Origin: Acidovorax sp.
GTDB lineage: Bacteria; Pseudomonadota; Gammaproteobacteria; Burkholderiales; Burkholderiaceae_C
Assembly (NCBI GenBank): GCA_031277855.1
Contig: JAITLO010000009.1
Coordinates: forward strand, 12,746-36,745
DNA length: 24,000 nucleotides
Direction of reading: 5' to 3'
This document shows, one piece after another, positions 1 through 8,416 of the stretch. Below the pieces are notes generated by a model. That model made no database searches. It worked only from the letters and a program-made list of their open reading frames with translations, and was not told the DNA's origin. Every line of letters begins with the position of its first letter. The first letter of the stretch is position 1. A program made the position numbers and the translations under genes.

Positions 1-237
1 TGTGGATTCATCGTCGGTGACGGGAATGCCGCCGATGGTGATGGTGCCGCTGTCATGCGGCTCCAGCCGGTTGATGGCGCGCAGCAAGGTGGACTTGCCC
101 GAGCCGGAGGCGCCGATGATGACCGTCACCTCGCCGGTGCGAAACACCGTGGACACGCCCTTGAGCACTTCATGGTTGCCAAAGGATTTGCGCACATCCT
201 GCGCAACGATATAGGGGCTTGCTTCGGTGGTGCTCAT
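1..237 (-). CDS. Polar amino-acid ABC transporter ATP-binding subunit, N-terminal 79 codons only (gene runs off the left edge)
   Basis: Absent from the ORF track because there is no stop in the window. Hand translation of the minus strand from ATG 237..235 gives [64 protein letters not shown]..., with Walker A motif GASGSGKST. The start overlaps the permease stop as ATGA (237..234). Confidence 0.9.
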   Translation of the reverse strand, partial: MSTTEASPYIVAQDVRKSFGNHEVLKGVSTVFRTGEVTVIIGASGSGKSTLLRAINRLEPHDSGTITIGGIPVTDDEST

Positions 238-1016
238 TTCACGCGTCCTTCCACGTCGAAGCGGTACTCCACCGCATGGGTCACCTGGGTTACCAGCGTG
301 GTCAGGATCAGATAGGTAATGGCCACGGTGGTCAGCGTGGCCACGGGCTGGAAGGTGGCCGACTGGATGCGGTTGCCCACATTGGTCAGCTCCACCACGC
401 CAATGGCATAGGCCAGCGAGGAGTCTTTGAGCAGGGCCACAAAGTTGCTCACCAGCGGCGGCAGGGAAATCTTGAAGGCCTGGGGAAAGACCACGTCCAG
501 AAACACCCGGCTCTTGGGCAGGCCCAGGGCGCGGGCGGCCTCGGTCTGGCCGCGCGGCACGGCCAGCAGGCCGGCGCGCACGGCTTCGGCGTTGTAGGCG
601 CCCACGTTCAGGCCCAGGGCCACCACGGCCGAGGCAAAGTCGGGCAGGTTCAGTCCGGGCACCAGCACCGGCAGGGCAAAGTAGACAAACAGAATCTGCA
701 CCAGCAGCGGCGTGCCGCGAATGGCCCAGATGTAGAAGCTGGCAATCCAGCGCAGCCAGGCCATACGCGAGGTGCGGGCCAGGGCTGCGCCCACGCCCAG
801 TAGCAGGCCTACGACGCCGCTGACCAGGGTCAGGCTCAGCGTGGTGAGGGCGCCCTCGGCAAACAGCGCGGCATTGGAGCCAATGGGCTCAGGGAAAGAG
901 GCCAGGAGTTGGCCCAGGAGGGAGAGCACCAGCACCATCAGCAACAGGGCCGCAATCAGGGTGGCGTTGCTGCGTTGGGTTCGGCTCCAATGAGAGGGCC
1001 ACAGATGAAGAAACAT
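234..1016 (-). CDS. Amino-acid ABC transporter permease (His/Glu/Gln/Arg/opine family)
   Basis: 260-aa polytopic ORF carrying the EAA-loop region [46 protein letters not shown]. Its stop overlaps the ATPase start. No Shine-Dalgarno precedes ATG 1016, which directly follows the T-run of an intercistronic hairpin, so the exact start is less certain. Confidence 0.88.
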   Translation of the reverse strand: MFLHLWPSHWSRTQRSNATLIAALLLMVLVLSLLGQLLASFPEPIGSNAALFAEGALTTLSLTLVSGVVGLLLGVGAALARTSRMAWLRWIASFYIWAIRGTPLLVQILFVYFALPVLVPGLNLPDFASAVVALGLNVGAYNAEAVRAGLLAVPRGQTEAARALGLPKSRVFLDVVFPQAFKISLPPLVSNFVALLKDSSLAYAIGVVELTNVGNRIQSATFQPVATLTTVAITYLILTTLVTQVTHAVEYRFDVEGRVK

Positions 1017-1018
1017 GG

Positions 1019-1066
1019 GAGAAAAAAAGCAAAAACCCCTGGCGAGGTGACAGACCCAGCCAGGGG
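1019..1066 (-). terminator. Intercistronic intrinsic-terminator-like hairpin between the binding-protein and permease genes
   Basis: The minus strand reads CCCCTGGC-(15 nt)-GCCAGGGG (1066..1036) followed by TTTTTGCTTTTTTT (1035..1022), and this run ends at the permease ATG. Partial terminators after the binding-protein gene are common in ABC importer operons. Confidence 0.6.
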
Positions 1067-1073
1067 CAGAGGG

Positions 1074-1835
1074 TTACTTGCAGGTGACGTCTTCTTGGAA
1101 GTACTTTTGCGAGATGGCAGCGATGCTGCCATCGGCGATGGCGGCCTTCAATGCCTTGTTCCAGGCGTCTGCCAGGCCTTGGTTGCCCTTGGACACGGCG
1201 GATGCCACCTGTTCGATGAACAGCATATCGCCGGCCTTGAACCCGGCCTTGGCGTTCTTGGCCATCATTTCCTTGGCCACGAAACGGTCGGTCACCCAGG
1301 CGTCCACGCGCTTGGAAGCCAGCGCATTGCGTGCGGCCTCATCGGTGGGGAAGTTCTTCACTTCCTTCACGCCGGGCACTTTCTTCACGTGTTCCAGATA
1401 GGTGGTGCCGGTTTGCACGGCCACGGTCTTGCCGGCCAGGTCGCCGGCCTTGGCGATGGAGGGTGTCATGGACACGATCTGGCCGCCGGAGCAGTAGTGG
1501 GGCAGGGTGAAGGTCACGGCCTTGGCGCGCTCTTCGGTGATGGCGTGCGAGGCAATCACCAGGTCCCAGCGGTCCTGGGCCAGACCGGTCAACAGGGCGT
1601 CAAAGCCCACGGTCTTCCACTCGAACTTGATGCCCATCTTCTTGGCCACGGCCTCGGCCACGTCGATCTCGTAGCCCGTCAGCTGCTTGCCTTTGAAGAA
1701 GTTGAAGGGCGCATACTGGCCTTCGGAAGCCAGGATGATGGTGCCGCTTTTCTGGATATCTTCCAGCGAGCGGGCTTGGACGGTGACAGCGCCGCACAGG
1801 GCAGCAACCAAAGCAAAGGCCTTCAACACTTTCAT
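1074..1835 (-). CDS. Periplasmic amino-acid-binding protein (family 3 SBP), paralog 1
   Basis: The ORF 1074..1985 was trimmed to ATG 1835. GAGGAG lies 5-10 nt upstream and the N-terminus is a signal peptide, MKVLKAFALVAALCGAVTVQA. The mature part is typical of polar amino-acid/cystine binding proteins (KFEWKTVGFDALLTGLAQDRWDLVIASHAIT). Confidence 0.9.
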   Translation of the reverse strand: MKVLKAFALVAALCGAVTVQARSLEDIQKSGTIILASEGQYAPFNFFKGKQLTGYEIDVAEAVAKKMGIKFEWKTVGFDALLTGLAQDRWDLVIASHAITEERAKAVTFTLPHYCSGGQIVSMTPSIAKAGDLAGKTVAVQTGTTYLEHVKKVPGVKEVKNFPTDEAARNALASKRVDAWVTDRFVAKEMMAKNAKAGFKAGDMLFIEQVASAVSKGNQGLADAWNKALKAAIADGSIAAISQKYFQEDVTCK

Positions 1836-2129
1836 GGGCACTCCTCGTTTCCTTGTGGTGTGGTTATGCAAAAAACCGGCCAGCATGCAGGCCAGCCAAG
1901 GCAGATTATGGGGAGCAGCAGGGCGGGAAGGTAAAGCGTCTAAACCCGTAGGAAAAGCCGATCCGCCCCAAATTTCGCCGTCCATATGGCGGGCATGTCA
2001 TGGTACAGAGCAGCTTTTCCGGCAGGGTGTCGGCTTGCGTGTAATGGTGTGTAGCAATGTTGACAAGCAGTGCAGCACCGCCTGTGTTGCCGTGCAGTCA
2101 CCCGCGCAGGCGGGTGCGCTCAGCGATGC

Positions 2130-2900
2130 TTACTCGGGGCAGCGGATGTCTTCCTTGAACCACTTTTGCGAGATCTTGGCGTAGCTGCCGTCCTTGAGGG
2201 CGGCCTCAAACGCCTGGTTCCAGGCGGTCACCAGGGTCTTGTTGTCCTTGGCCACGGCTGCGGCAATGCGTTCCACAAACAGCAGCTCGCCCTGCTTGTA
2301 GTGGGCGTTGGGGTTCTTGGCCAGCATTTCCTTGGCCAGGAAGCGCTCGGTCACCCAGGCGTCGGCACGCTTGGACATCAGGGCCTGCAGCGCAGCTTCG
2401 TTGGTGGGGAAGTTCACCAGGCGCTTCACGCCAGGCACATTCTTTTGCACGTACTGCAGATAGGTGGTGCCGGTCTGGGCCACGACCACCTTGCCCGCCA
2501 GGTCCTTGGCGTTTTTGATGCTGTCGTCACGTGCAATCACCTGGGCACCCGAGCAGTAGTGGGGCAGGGTGAAGGTGACGGCTTTTTCACGCTCGGGCGT
2601 GATGCCGTGCGAGGAGATCACCAAGTCCCAGCGGTCTTGGGACAGGCCGGTCAGCAGCGAGTCGAAGGGCACGGTCTTCCATTCGAACTTCACGCCCATT
2701 TTCTGGGCCATCAGCTCGGCCAGATCGACCTCGAAGCCCACCAGCTTCTTGCCCTCGAAATAGGCAAAAGGCGGGTAATAGCCTTCGGTGGCCAGGCGGA
2801 TGGTGCCGTCTTTCTGGATGGCATCGAGAGGACGGGCCTGGACCGCGGTCGTGCCCAGCAGGGCCAGCGCCGCGGCGGCAATCAGAGAAAAGCGTTGCAT
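2130..2900 (-). CDS. Periplasmic amino-acid-binding protein (family 3 SBP), paralog 2
   Basis: The ORF 2130..2948 was trimmed to ATG 2900, with GGAG upstream and signal peptide MQRFSLIAAAALALLGTTAVQA. By eye it is roughly 60% identical to paralog 1 over the full length. Confidence 0.9.
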   Translation of the reverse strand: MQRFSLIAAAALALLGTTAVQARPLDAIQKDGTIRLATEGYYPPFAYFEGKKLVGFEVDLAELMAQKMGVKFEWKTVPFDSLLTGLSQDRWDLVISSHGITPEREKAVTFTLPHYCSGAQVIARDDSIKNAKDLAGKVVVAQTGTTYLQYVQKNVPGVKRLVNFPTNEAALQALMSKRADAWVTERFLAKEMLAKNPNAHYKQGELLFVERIAAAVAKDNKTLVTAWNQAFEAALKDGSYAKISQKWFKEDIRCPE

Positions 2901-3224
2901 GGAAAAAGGCTCCAGAAGACCTTGCCGCACGCAGCACCCCGGCCCCATGTGGATGGGGCGCCGCCAGCGCGCGTGGCGCGGCGGTCAAACAACGCGGGAC
3001 GACAGCTGCCGCTCTCCAAAGGCGAGGCGAATGCTGTGCCGCAGGCGAAAGAAAGCGCGGTTGCTGGCGCTCTCCCAATGCTGCGGCCCGGGTGGCAAAA
3101 CCTTGAGATTATAAAAGTGGCGCTGCGCAACTGCCGATGGCGGCTTTCGTGCCCTGCGATGGAGGCGGCCTATCCCCTCACGATTGCGCTTTGGAGCGCC
3201 TGTGTAGAGGGCGTCACAACGCGC

Positions 3225-3989
3225 TTAGAAAGCGTCGTATCCGGTCTTGAGAATCAGCAGGCTGACCACGGCGATGAAGATGCCGCGCACAAAGCCCGTG
3301 CCGTGGCGCAAGGCCATCCAGGTGCCCAGCATGCTGCCCAGCACATTGGCCACAGCCAGCGGCACGGCAAAGTGCCACCACACATGGCCCTTGAGTGTGA
3401 ACAAGGCCAGGGCGGCGATATTGGTGGCAATGTTCAGCAGCTTGGCGTTGACCGAGGCGTTCAGAAAGTCAAAGCCCAGCAGGCGCACCAGCAGAAAAAC
3501 GAAGAAGCTGCCGGTGCCCGGGCCAAAAAAGCCGTCGTAAAAACCGATCACCAGGCCGATGCTGAAGATGATGCCTTGTGCAGTGCGGCCGCTGTAGCGC
3601 GGCGCGTGTTCGCGGCCCAGCTCTTTTTTGGCCAGGGTGTAGAGCAGCACACCCAGCAAGATAAAGGGCAGCAGCTTGCGCAGAAAACTGGGGTCGACCT
3701 GGGTGACGGCATAGGCGCCGGCAAAAGCACCCAGGCAGGCGGCGATGATGCCGGGGAGTATGGTGGGCCAGCTGATCTGCAGCCTGCGGCTGTATTGCCA
3801 GGCCGAGATGGCCGTGCCCCAGACTGCGGCGCTTTTGTTGGTGCCGAACAAGGTGGCCGGCGGGGCCGAGGGGAAGGCCGCAAACATGGCAGGAATCAGG
3901 ATCAGCCCGCCGCCGCCCACGATGGCATCCACAAAACCGGCCAGCGCCGAGGCGAGAGAGACGAGTATCCATTCCATAGCGGCGCGCAT
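3225..3989 (-). CDS. TauE/SafE (YfcA-like) family membrane protein, putative sulfite/organosulfonate-type exporter
   Basis: 254-aa polytopic ORF. The motifs FVDAIVGGGGLILIPAMFAAFP and GFYDGFFGPGTGSFFVFLLV match the duplicated TauE/SafE signature and align with E. coli YfcA. An alternative start, ATG 3977 (MEWILV...), is equally possible. Confidence 0.85.
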   Translation of the reverse strand: MRAAMEWILVSLASALAGFVDAIVGGGGLILIPAMFAAFPSAPPATLFGTNKSAAVWGTAISAWQYSRRLQISWPTILPGIIAACLGAFAGAYAVTQVDPSFLRKLLPFILLGVLLYTLAKKELGREHAPRYSGRTAQGIIFSIGLVIGFYDGFFGPGTGSFFVFLLVRLLGFDFLNASVNAKLLNIATNIAALALFTLKGHVWWHFAVPLAVANVLGSMLGTWMALRHGTGFVRGIFIAVVSLLILKTGYDAF

Positions 3990-4040
3990 TGTCGCACCGG
4001 ATGGGTGCAGGCGCAGATATGCGTGCCGTGGAGTTTGGGC

Positions 4041-4069
4041 AATAAAAAAGCGCCGGGGTTAGCGGCGCT
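4041..4069 (-). terminator. Rho-independent terminator (minus strand)
   Basis: The minus strand reads AGCGCCG-CTAACCC-CGGCGCT followed by TTTTTATT. The plus-strand orientation has no T-tail. It sits 355 nt downstream of the GMC stop and about 50 nt upstream of the TauE-like start. Confidence 0.7.
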
Positions 4070-4423
4070 TGGAAAGCAATCTCGTTGACGGATGCTTTTT
4101 TTGAATATTGGTCTGGTTGTGTCGAGTCGTCTCCTCGGCTCCTCCGTGTCGCACCGCGGTGCGCTCAGAAGTAGGTTTACTGTAAGACTTGCACTGACAT
4201 GGTGCATCGGGGATTTCCCGCAGCCTAGCAAAACCTGGCTGCCAGCAAACGTTTTGCATGCAACGCAATGCGAACTGCGGCCGCAGCGGGGAGCGGTTTG
4301 CAAGGCAGTGGCTTATGCAAATACCGGAGCACTCAGCGTATACCAGGACTGGTTTTTCGGCTTGATGCAGCGCAGAGCATGGGCAGATCTGCGTGCAGGT
4401 TGGCTCAACATGCGCTTACCTTT

Positions 4424-6148
4424 TCACACCAATGCAGCGGCCGCTTGCGGCGTGGCGCGGCGGGCCTGCAAATCGGCGCGTATCCATTCCGCAGCCTTCT
4501 CGGCCATCATCAGCGTGGGGCTGTTGGTATTGCCGCTGGTGATGTGGGGCATGGCGCCGGCGTCCACCACGCGCAGCCCAGCCACCAGGCCGCCGCGGCC
4601 GTCGCGCACGCGCAGGCGGCTGTCCAGCACGGCCTGCGGGTCGCCGTCGCGGCCCATGGCGGTGGTGCCCACGGGGTGGAAGATGGTGGTGGCAATGTCG
4701 CCGGCCAGACGGGCCAGTTCTTCATCGCTTTGGTATTGCGGGCCGGGTTTGTATTCCTCGGGCCGGTACTTGGCCAGTGCGGGCTGGGCCGCGATGCGGC
4801 GCGTCAGGCGCAGGCTGTCGGCAGCGACCTGGCGGTCTTCGGCCGTGGAGAGGTAGTTGGGCGCAATCGCCGGCGCGTCCTTGAAATGCGCGCTTTGGAT
4901 CTGCACCGTGCCCCGGCTCGTGGGGTTGAGGTTGCAGACGCTGGCGGTAAAGGCCGGAAAGCTGTGCAGTGGCTCGCCAAAGGCCTCCAGCGACAGCGGC
5001 TGCACGTGGTATTCCAGATTCGGGTGTTCGCGCTCAGGGCTGCTGCGGGTGAAAGCGCCCAGCTGCGAGGGCGCCATGCTCATGGGGCCGCTGCGCTTGA
5101 GGGCGTATTCCAGGCCGATTTTTGCCTTGCCCCACAGGCTGTTGGCCATGGTGTTCAACGTGGGCGCGCCCTGGACCTTGTAGACGGCGCGAATCTGCAA
5201 ATGGTCCTGCAAATTGGCGCCCACGCCGGGCAGGTCGCCCAGTGTGGGAATGCCGTGCTGCTGCAGCAGTGCGCCCGGGCCTATGCCGGACAGCTGCAGC
5301 AGCTGGGGCGAGTTGACGGCGCCGGCGCTGAGTATGACTTCCTCGCTGGCGTGGGCGGTGACGCGCTCCTCGCCGGTCCACACCTCCACGCCGGTGCAGC
5401 GTAGGCTGCCATCGGCCTGGCGCTCGGTGATCAAGCGCGTGGCCTGGGCACAGGTCCACAGCTCGAAGTTGGTCCGGCCATAGCAGGTGGGGCGCAAAAA
5501 GGCCTTGGCGGTGTTCCAGCGCAGCCCTGCCTTCTGGTTGACTTCGAAATAGCCCACGCCTTCATTGGTGCCGCGGTTGAAGTCGTCGGTGGCGGGGATG
5601 CCTGCCTGCTGGGCCGCTTGCGAGAAGGCGTCCAGAATGTCCCAGCGCAAACGCTGTTTCTCCACCCGCCACTCGCCGCTGCTGCCCGTGGTCTTGCTGC
5701 CGTGCAGGCGTTTGAAGTTCTCGTTCACGCCCTCGGGTTGGTCCAGGCGCCAGTGGTCTTCGTGGCGGCGAAAGGCCGGCAGCACCTGGTCCCACTTCCA
5801 GGCGTCATCGCCCAGGTGCTGCGCCCAGCCGTCGTAGTCGCGGGCCTGGCCGCGCATGTAAATCATGCCGTTGATGCTGGAGCACCCGCCCAGGGTCTTG
5901 CCGCGCGGGTAGCGCAGGCTGCGGCCGTTGAGGCCTGCGTCGGCCTCGGTCTGGTAGAGCCAGTCGGTGCGCGGATTGCCTATGCAGTACAGATAGCCCA
6001 CGGGGATGTGAATCCAGTGGTAGTCGTCCTTGCGGCCGGCCTCGATCAGCAGCACACGCAGCTGGCGGTCGGCGCTCAGGCGATTGGCCAGCAGGGCACC
6101 CGCCGTGCCGCCGCCGATGATGATGTAGTCAAACAGGGTGTCGCTCAT
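4424..6148 (-). CDS. GMC-family FAD oxidoreductase (choline/alcohol dehydrogenase-like)
   Basis: 574-aa ORF with an N-terminal FAD fold (MSDTLFDYIIIGGGTAGALLANRLS...VLLIEAG). The C-terminal GMC signature region contains FHPVGTTAMG and GAMPHITSGNTNSPTLMMAEKAA. Confidence 0.9.
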   Translation of the reverse strand: MSDTLFDYIIIGGGTAGALLANRLSADRQLRVLLIEAGRKDDYHWIHIPVGYLYCIGNPRTDWLYQTEADAGLNGRSLRYPRGKTLGGCSSINGMIYMRGQARDYDGWAQHLGDDAWKWDQVLPAFRRHEDHWRLDQPEGVNENFKRLHGSKTTGSSGEWRVEKQRLRWDILDAFSQAAQQAGIPATDDFNRGTNEGVGYFEVNQKAGLRWNTAKAFLRPTCYGRTNFELWTCAQATRLITERQADGSLRCTGVEVWTGEERVTAHASEEVILSAGAVNSPQLLQLSGIGPGALLQQHGIPTLGDLPGVGANLQDHLQIRAVYKVQGAPTLNTMANSLWGKAKIGLEYALKRSGPMSMAPSQLGAFTRSSPEREHPNLEYHVQPLSLEAFGEPLHSFPAFTASVCNLNPTSRGTVQIQSAHFKDAPAIAPNYLSTAEDRQVAADSLRLTRRIAAQPALAKYRPEEYKPGPQYQSDEELARLAGDIATTIFHPVGTTAMGRDGDPQAVLDSRLRVRDGRGGLVAGLRVVDAGAMPHITSGNTNSPTLMMAEKAAEWIRADLQARRATPQAAAALV

Positions 6149-6270
6149 GGATGCATGGGCCGCCAGGGCCGCAGAAAAAGACGCTCAAGTCGAGTGAAAA
6201 ACTGCGGCAAGCTTGTCGGAGGGCGGCTCCTGCTGTCGAGAGGGAAAACGGCAGTTTGCTCCTGAAAAAG

Positions 6271-6316
6271 TAGCTGCTATAGCGCTTTCAGACAGCGTGA
6301 AAGCGCTGTTTTGATA
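6271..6316 (+). repeat. Hairpin-forming dispersed repeat, copy 1 (terminator-like on plus strand)
   Basis: The sequence runs TAGCTGCTA, then a perfect 10-bp stem AGCGCTTTCA / TGAAAGCGCT (6281-6290 / 6298-6307) with a 7-nt loop, then GTTTTGATA. The two 9-mers TAGCTGCTA and GTTTTGATA, plus a similar AGYGCTT hairpin, recur at 13174-13215. Confidence 0.5.
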
Positions 6317-6431
6317 AATATTGCAACGCGGTATATGCCTGCTGCTGCTATTTGCAATCCAGGCGTTGTGTGCGGCAGACGTTATCCTGTGTACTTTTGT
6401 GACTTGCTGGAAAACCCGCATCCCCTCTGCC

Positions 6432-7559
6432 ATGAACACCCATTCGCCACAGCTGCAACGCCAGAACCGACCCGAAGGGGCCTGGGCTGTGCTGCAAGGA
6501 CGTTGGGGCGCGGCCGACTTTGGCGACCGCGCGCACTGGCAGCGCGTGCGCAGCCAGCTGCGGGACATGCCACCTTCGGACAGCCTGGGCTGGGACCTGG
6601 AGGCCGTGCAGTGGCTGGACCATGTGGGTGCCCAGTTGCTGTGGCAGCACTGGCAGGGCCGGTGGCCCCAGCGCCTGCGGCTGAGCGCCGGGCAAAAAGC
6701 CATGCTGCAGCGGGTGGAACGCTTTGGCAGCGAAGGCCCCAAACCCAAACCGGGCTACCGGATGGGTGATGCCATCGAGTCCCTGGGCTGTGCGGTGATC
6801 GCCGGCCTGGGCCATGTGCGTGCCATGGTCCAGCTGATTGGTCAGCTGCTGCTGGATGTGCTGCGCCTGTTGCGTGCGCCGCTGCGGGCACCCTGGCGCG
6901 ATGTGTCGGGCCACCTCTACAACATGGGCGCGCTGGCACTGCCGATTACCGCCCTGGTGGGTTTTTTGATTGGCGTGGTGCTGGCCTATCTGATGTCGCT
7001 GCAGCTGCGCCAGTTTGGCGCCGAGGCCTTTATCGTCAATATTCTGGGCATTTCGCTGATTCGCGAGCTGGGGCCGCTGCTGGCGGCCATTTTGGTGGCG
7101 GGGCGTACCGGCTCGGCCATCACGGCGCAGATCGGCGTGATGCGGGTGACCGAGGAGCTGGACGCCATGCAGGTCATGGGCATTCCCCAGGGCTATCGCC
7201 TGGTGATGCCGCGTGCGCTGGCGCTGGCGCTGGCCATGCCCCTGATCAGCCTGTGGACCACGCTGGCCGCGTTGGCCGGCGGCATGCTGGCCGCCGACAT
7301 GACCATGGGCATATCTGCTGCCTATTTTCTGCAGTCCCTGCCTGACGCCGTGAATGTGGGCAACCTCTGGCTGGCCATGGGCAAGTCGGTGGTGTTTGGC
7401 GTGTTCATCGCACTGATTGGCTGCCACTGGGGCCTGCGCGTGAAGCCCAATACCCAGAGCCTGGGCCAGGGCACCACGGCCTCGGTGGTGACGGCCATCA
7501 CCATGGTCATCGTGGTGGATGCCGTGTTCGCCATTCTTTTCCGCAACGTGGGGTTTTGA
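6432..7559 (+). CDS. MlaE-family ABC permease with N-terminal STAS/MlaB-like extension
   Basis: The ORF 6321..7559 begins at a TTG and was trimmed to the first ATG, 6432. The C-terminal ~260 aa are typical MlaE (FIVNILGISLIRELGPLLAAILVAGRTGSAITAQIGVMRVTEELDAMQVMGI). The N-terminal ~110 aa look like a STAS domain (LGWDLEAVQWLDHVGAQLLWQHW). There is no clear SD, so the start is uncertain. Confidence 0.85.
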   Translation: MNTHSPQLQRQNRPEGAWAVLQGRWGAADFGDRAHWQRVRSQLRDMPPSDSLGWDLEAVQWLDHVGAQLLWQHWQGRWPQRLRLSAGQKAMLQRVERFGSEGPKPKPGYRMGDAIESLGCAVIAGLGHVRAMVQLIGQLLLDVLRLLRAPLRAPWRDVSGHLYNMGALALPITALVGFLIGVVLAYLMSLQLRQFGAEAFIVNILGISLIRELGPLLAAILVAGRTGSAITAQIGVMRVTEELDAMQVMGIPQGYRLVMPRALALALAMPLISLWTTLAALAGGMLAADMTMGISAAYFLQSLPDAVNVGNLWLAMGKSVVFGVFIALIGCHWGLRVKPNTQSLGQGTTASVVTAITMVIVVDAVFAILFRNVGF

Positions 7560-8416
7560 TGGCTGATTCCGCTACGTCCGCCGTGCTCTCCGCCCACGCC
7601 GCCACGCCCCCCTGGGCACAGGGCGAGCGCGTGGTGCACATTGACAAGCTGTGGAGCATTTTTGGCAGCGGTGACAACGCTTTTGCCGTGCACCAGGATC
7701 TGGATCTGGACATTTACCGGGGCGAGATGCTGTCCATCGTCGGCGGCTCGGGCACCGGCAAAACCGTGCTGCTGCGCCAGATTCTGGGTCTACTGGAGCC
7801 GGGCAAGGGCAGCGTTCAGGTGCTGGGGCGCCCGGGCAGAGAGATGGGGGGCGAGGGCGCGGCCAGCCGCGTGGGCATGCTGTTCCAGCACGGCGCGCTG
7901 TACTCTGCCTTCAGCGTGCTGGACAACGTGGCCTTTCCGCTGCGCGAGCTGGGCACGCTGCCCGATGCGCTGGTGGATGCGGCGGCCCTGGTCAAGCTGC
8001 AAATGGTAGGGCTCAAACCCGAGCACGCCACGCGCATGCCGGCCGATTTGTCGGGCGGTATGGTCAAACGCGTGGCGCTGGCGCGGGCGCTGATCATGGA
8101 CCCGCCGCTTTTGCTGCTGGACGAGCCCACGGCCGGCCTGGACCCCAATGGCTCGGACGATTTTTGCGCGCTGCTGCGCGAGCTGCACGCCGAGCTCGAT
8201 CTCACGGTGGTCATGGTCACCCACGATCTGGACACGTTGTTTGCCCTGTCCAGCCGCGTGGCCGTGCTGGCCGAGAAGAAGGTGCTGGTCACCGGAACCC
8301 CGCAAGATGTGGCCCAGTTCCAGCACCCCTTTGTGCAGCAGTTCTTTCAAGGGGAGCGTGGCCGCCGGGCCATGGCACCCGCACCAGCCGGGTCCGGCCC
8401 GGCGGGAGGTTTGTGA
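7559..8416 (+). CDS. MlaF-like ABC transporter ATP-binding protein
   Basis: Walker A is GGSGTGKT, and the signature plus Walker B region is LSGGMVKRVALARALIMDPPLLLLDEPTAGLD. ATG 7559 overlaps the permease TGA (7557-7559) by 1 nt. Confidence 0.92.
   Translation: MADSATSAVLSAHAATPPWAQGERVVHIDKLWSIFGSGDNAFAVHQDLDLDIYRGEMLSIVGGSGTGKTVLLRQILGLLEPGKGSVQVLGRPGREMGGEGAASRVGMLFQHGALYSAFSVLDNVAFPLRELGTLPDALVDAAALVKLQMVGLKPEHATRMPADLSGGMVKRVALARALIMDPPLLLLDEPTAGLDPNGSDDFCALLRELHAELDLTVVMVTHDLDTLFALSSRVAVLAEKKVLVTGTPQDVAQFQHPFVQQFFQGERGRRAMAPAPAGSGPAGGL

Noticed and set aside
2070-4088. 672-aa plus-strand ORF, the longest in the track
   Set aside because: It runs antisense across three well-supported minus-strand genes (SBP2, the TauE-like gene and the intergenic gaps). 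Its composition is the low-complexity G/A/R/H/Q-rich kind typical of shadow ORFs in high-GC DNA. It has no recognisable motifs.
4085-4112. Plus-strand promoter-like TTGACG followed by an AT-rich patch (GAATATTG)
   Set aside because: Spacing to any TA-rich hexamer is 12-15 nt, which is too short. A transcript from here would only run antisense into the GMC gene.
4059-4268. 69-aa minus-strand ORF inside the non-coding stretch
   Set aside because: It uses many A/T-ending codons, unlike every confident gene here. It has no SD, begins at TTG in the track, gives a highly basic hydrophilic translation with no motif, and its stop lies in a terminator loop. It is more likely non-coding, though not formally excluded.
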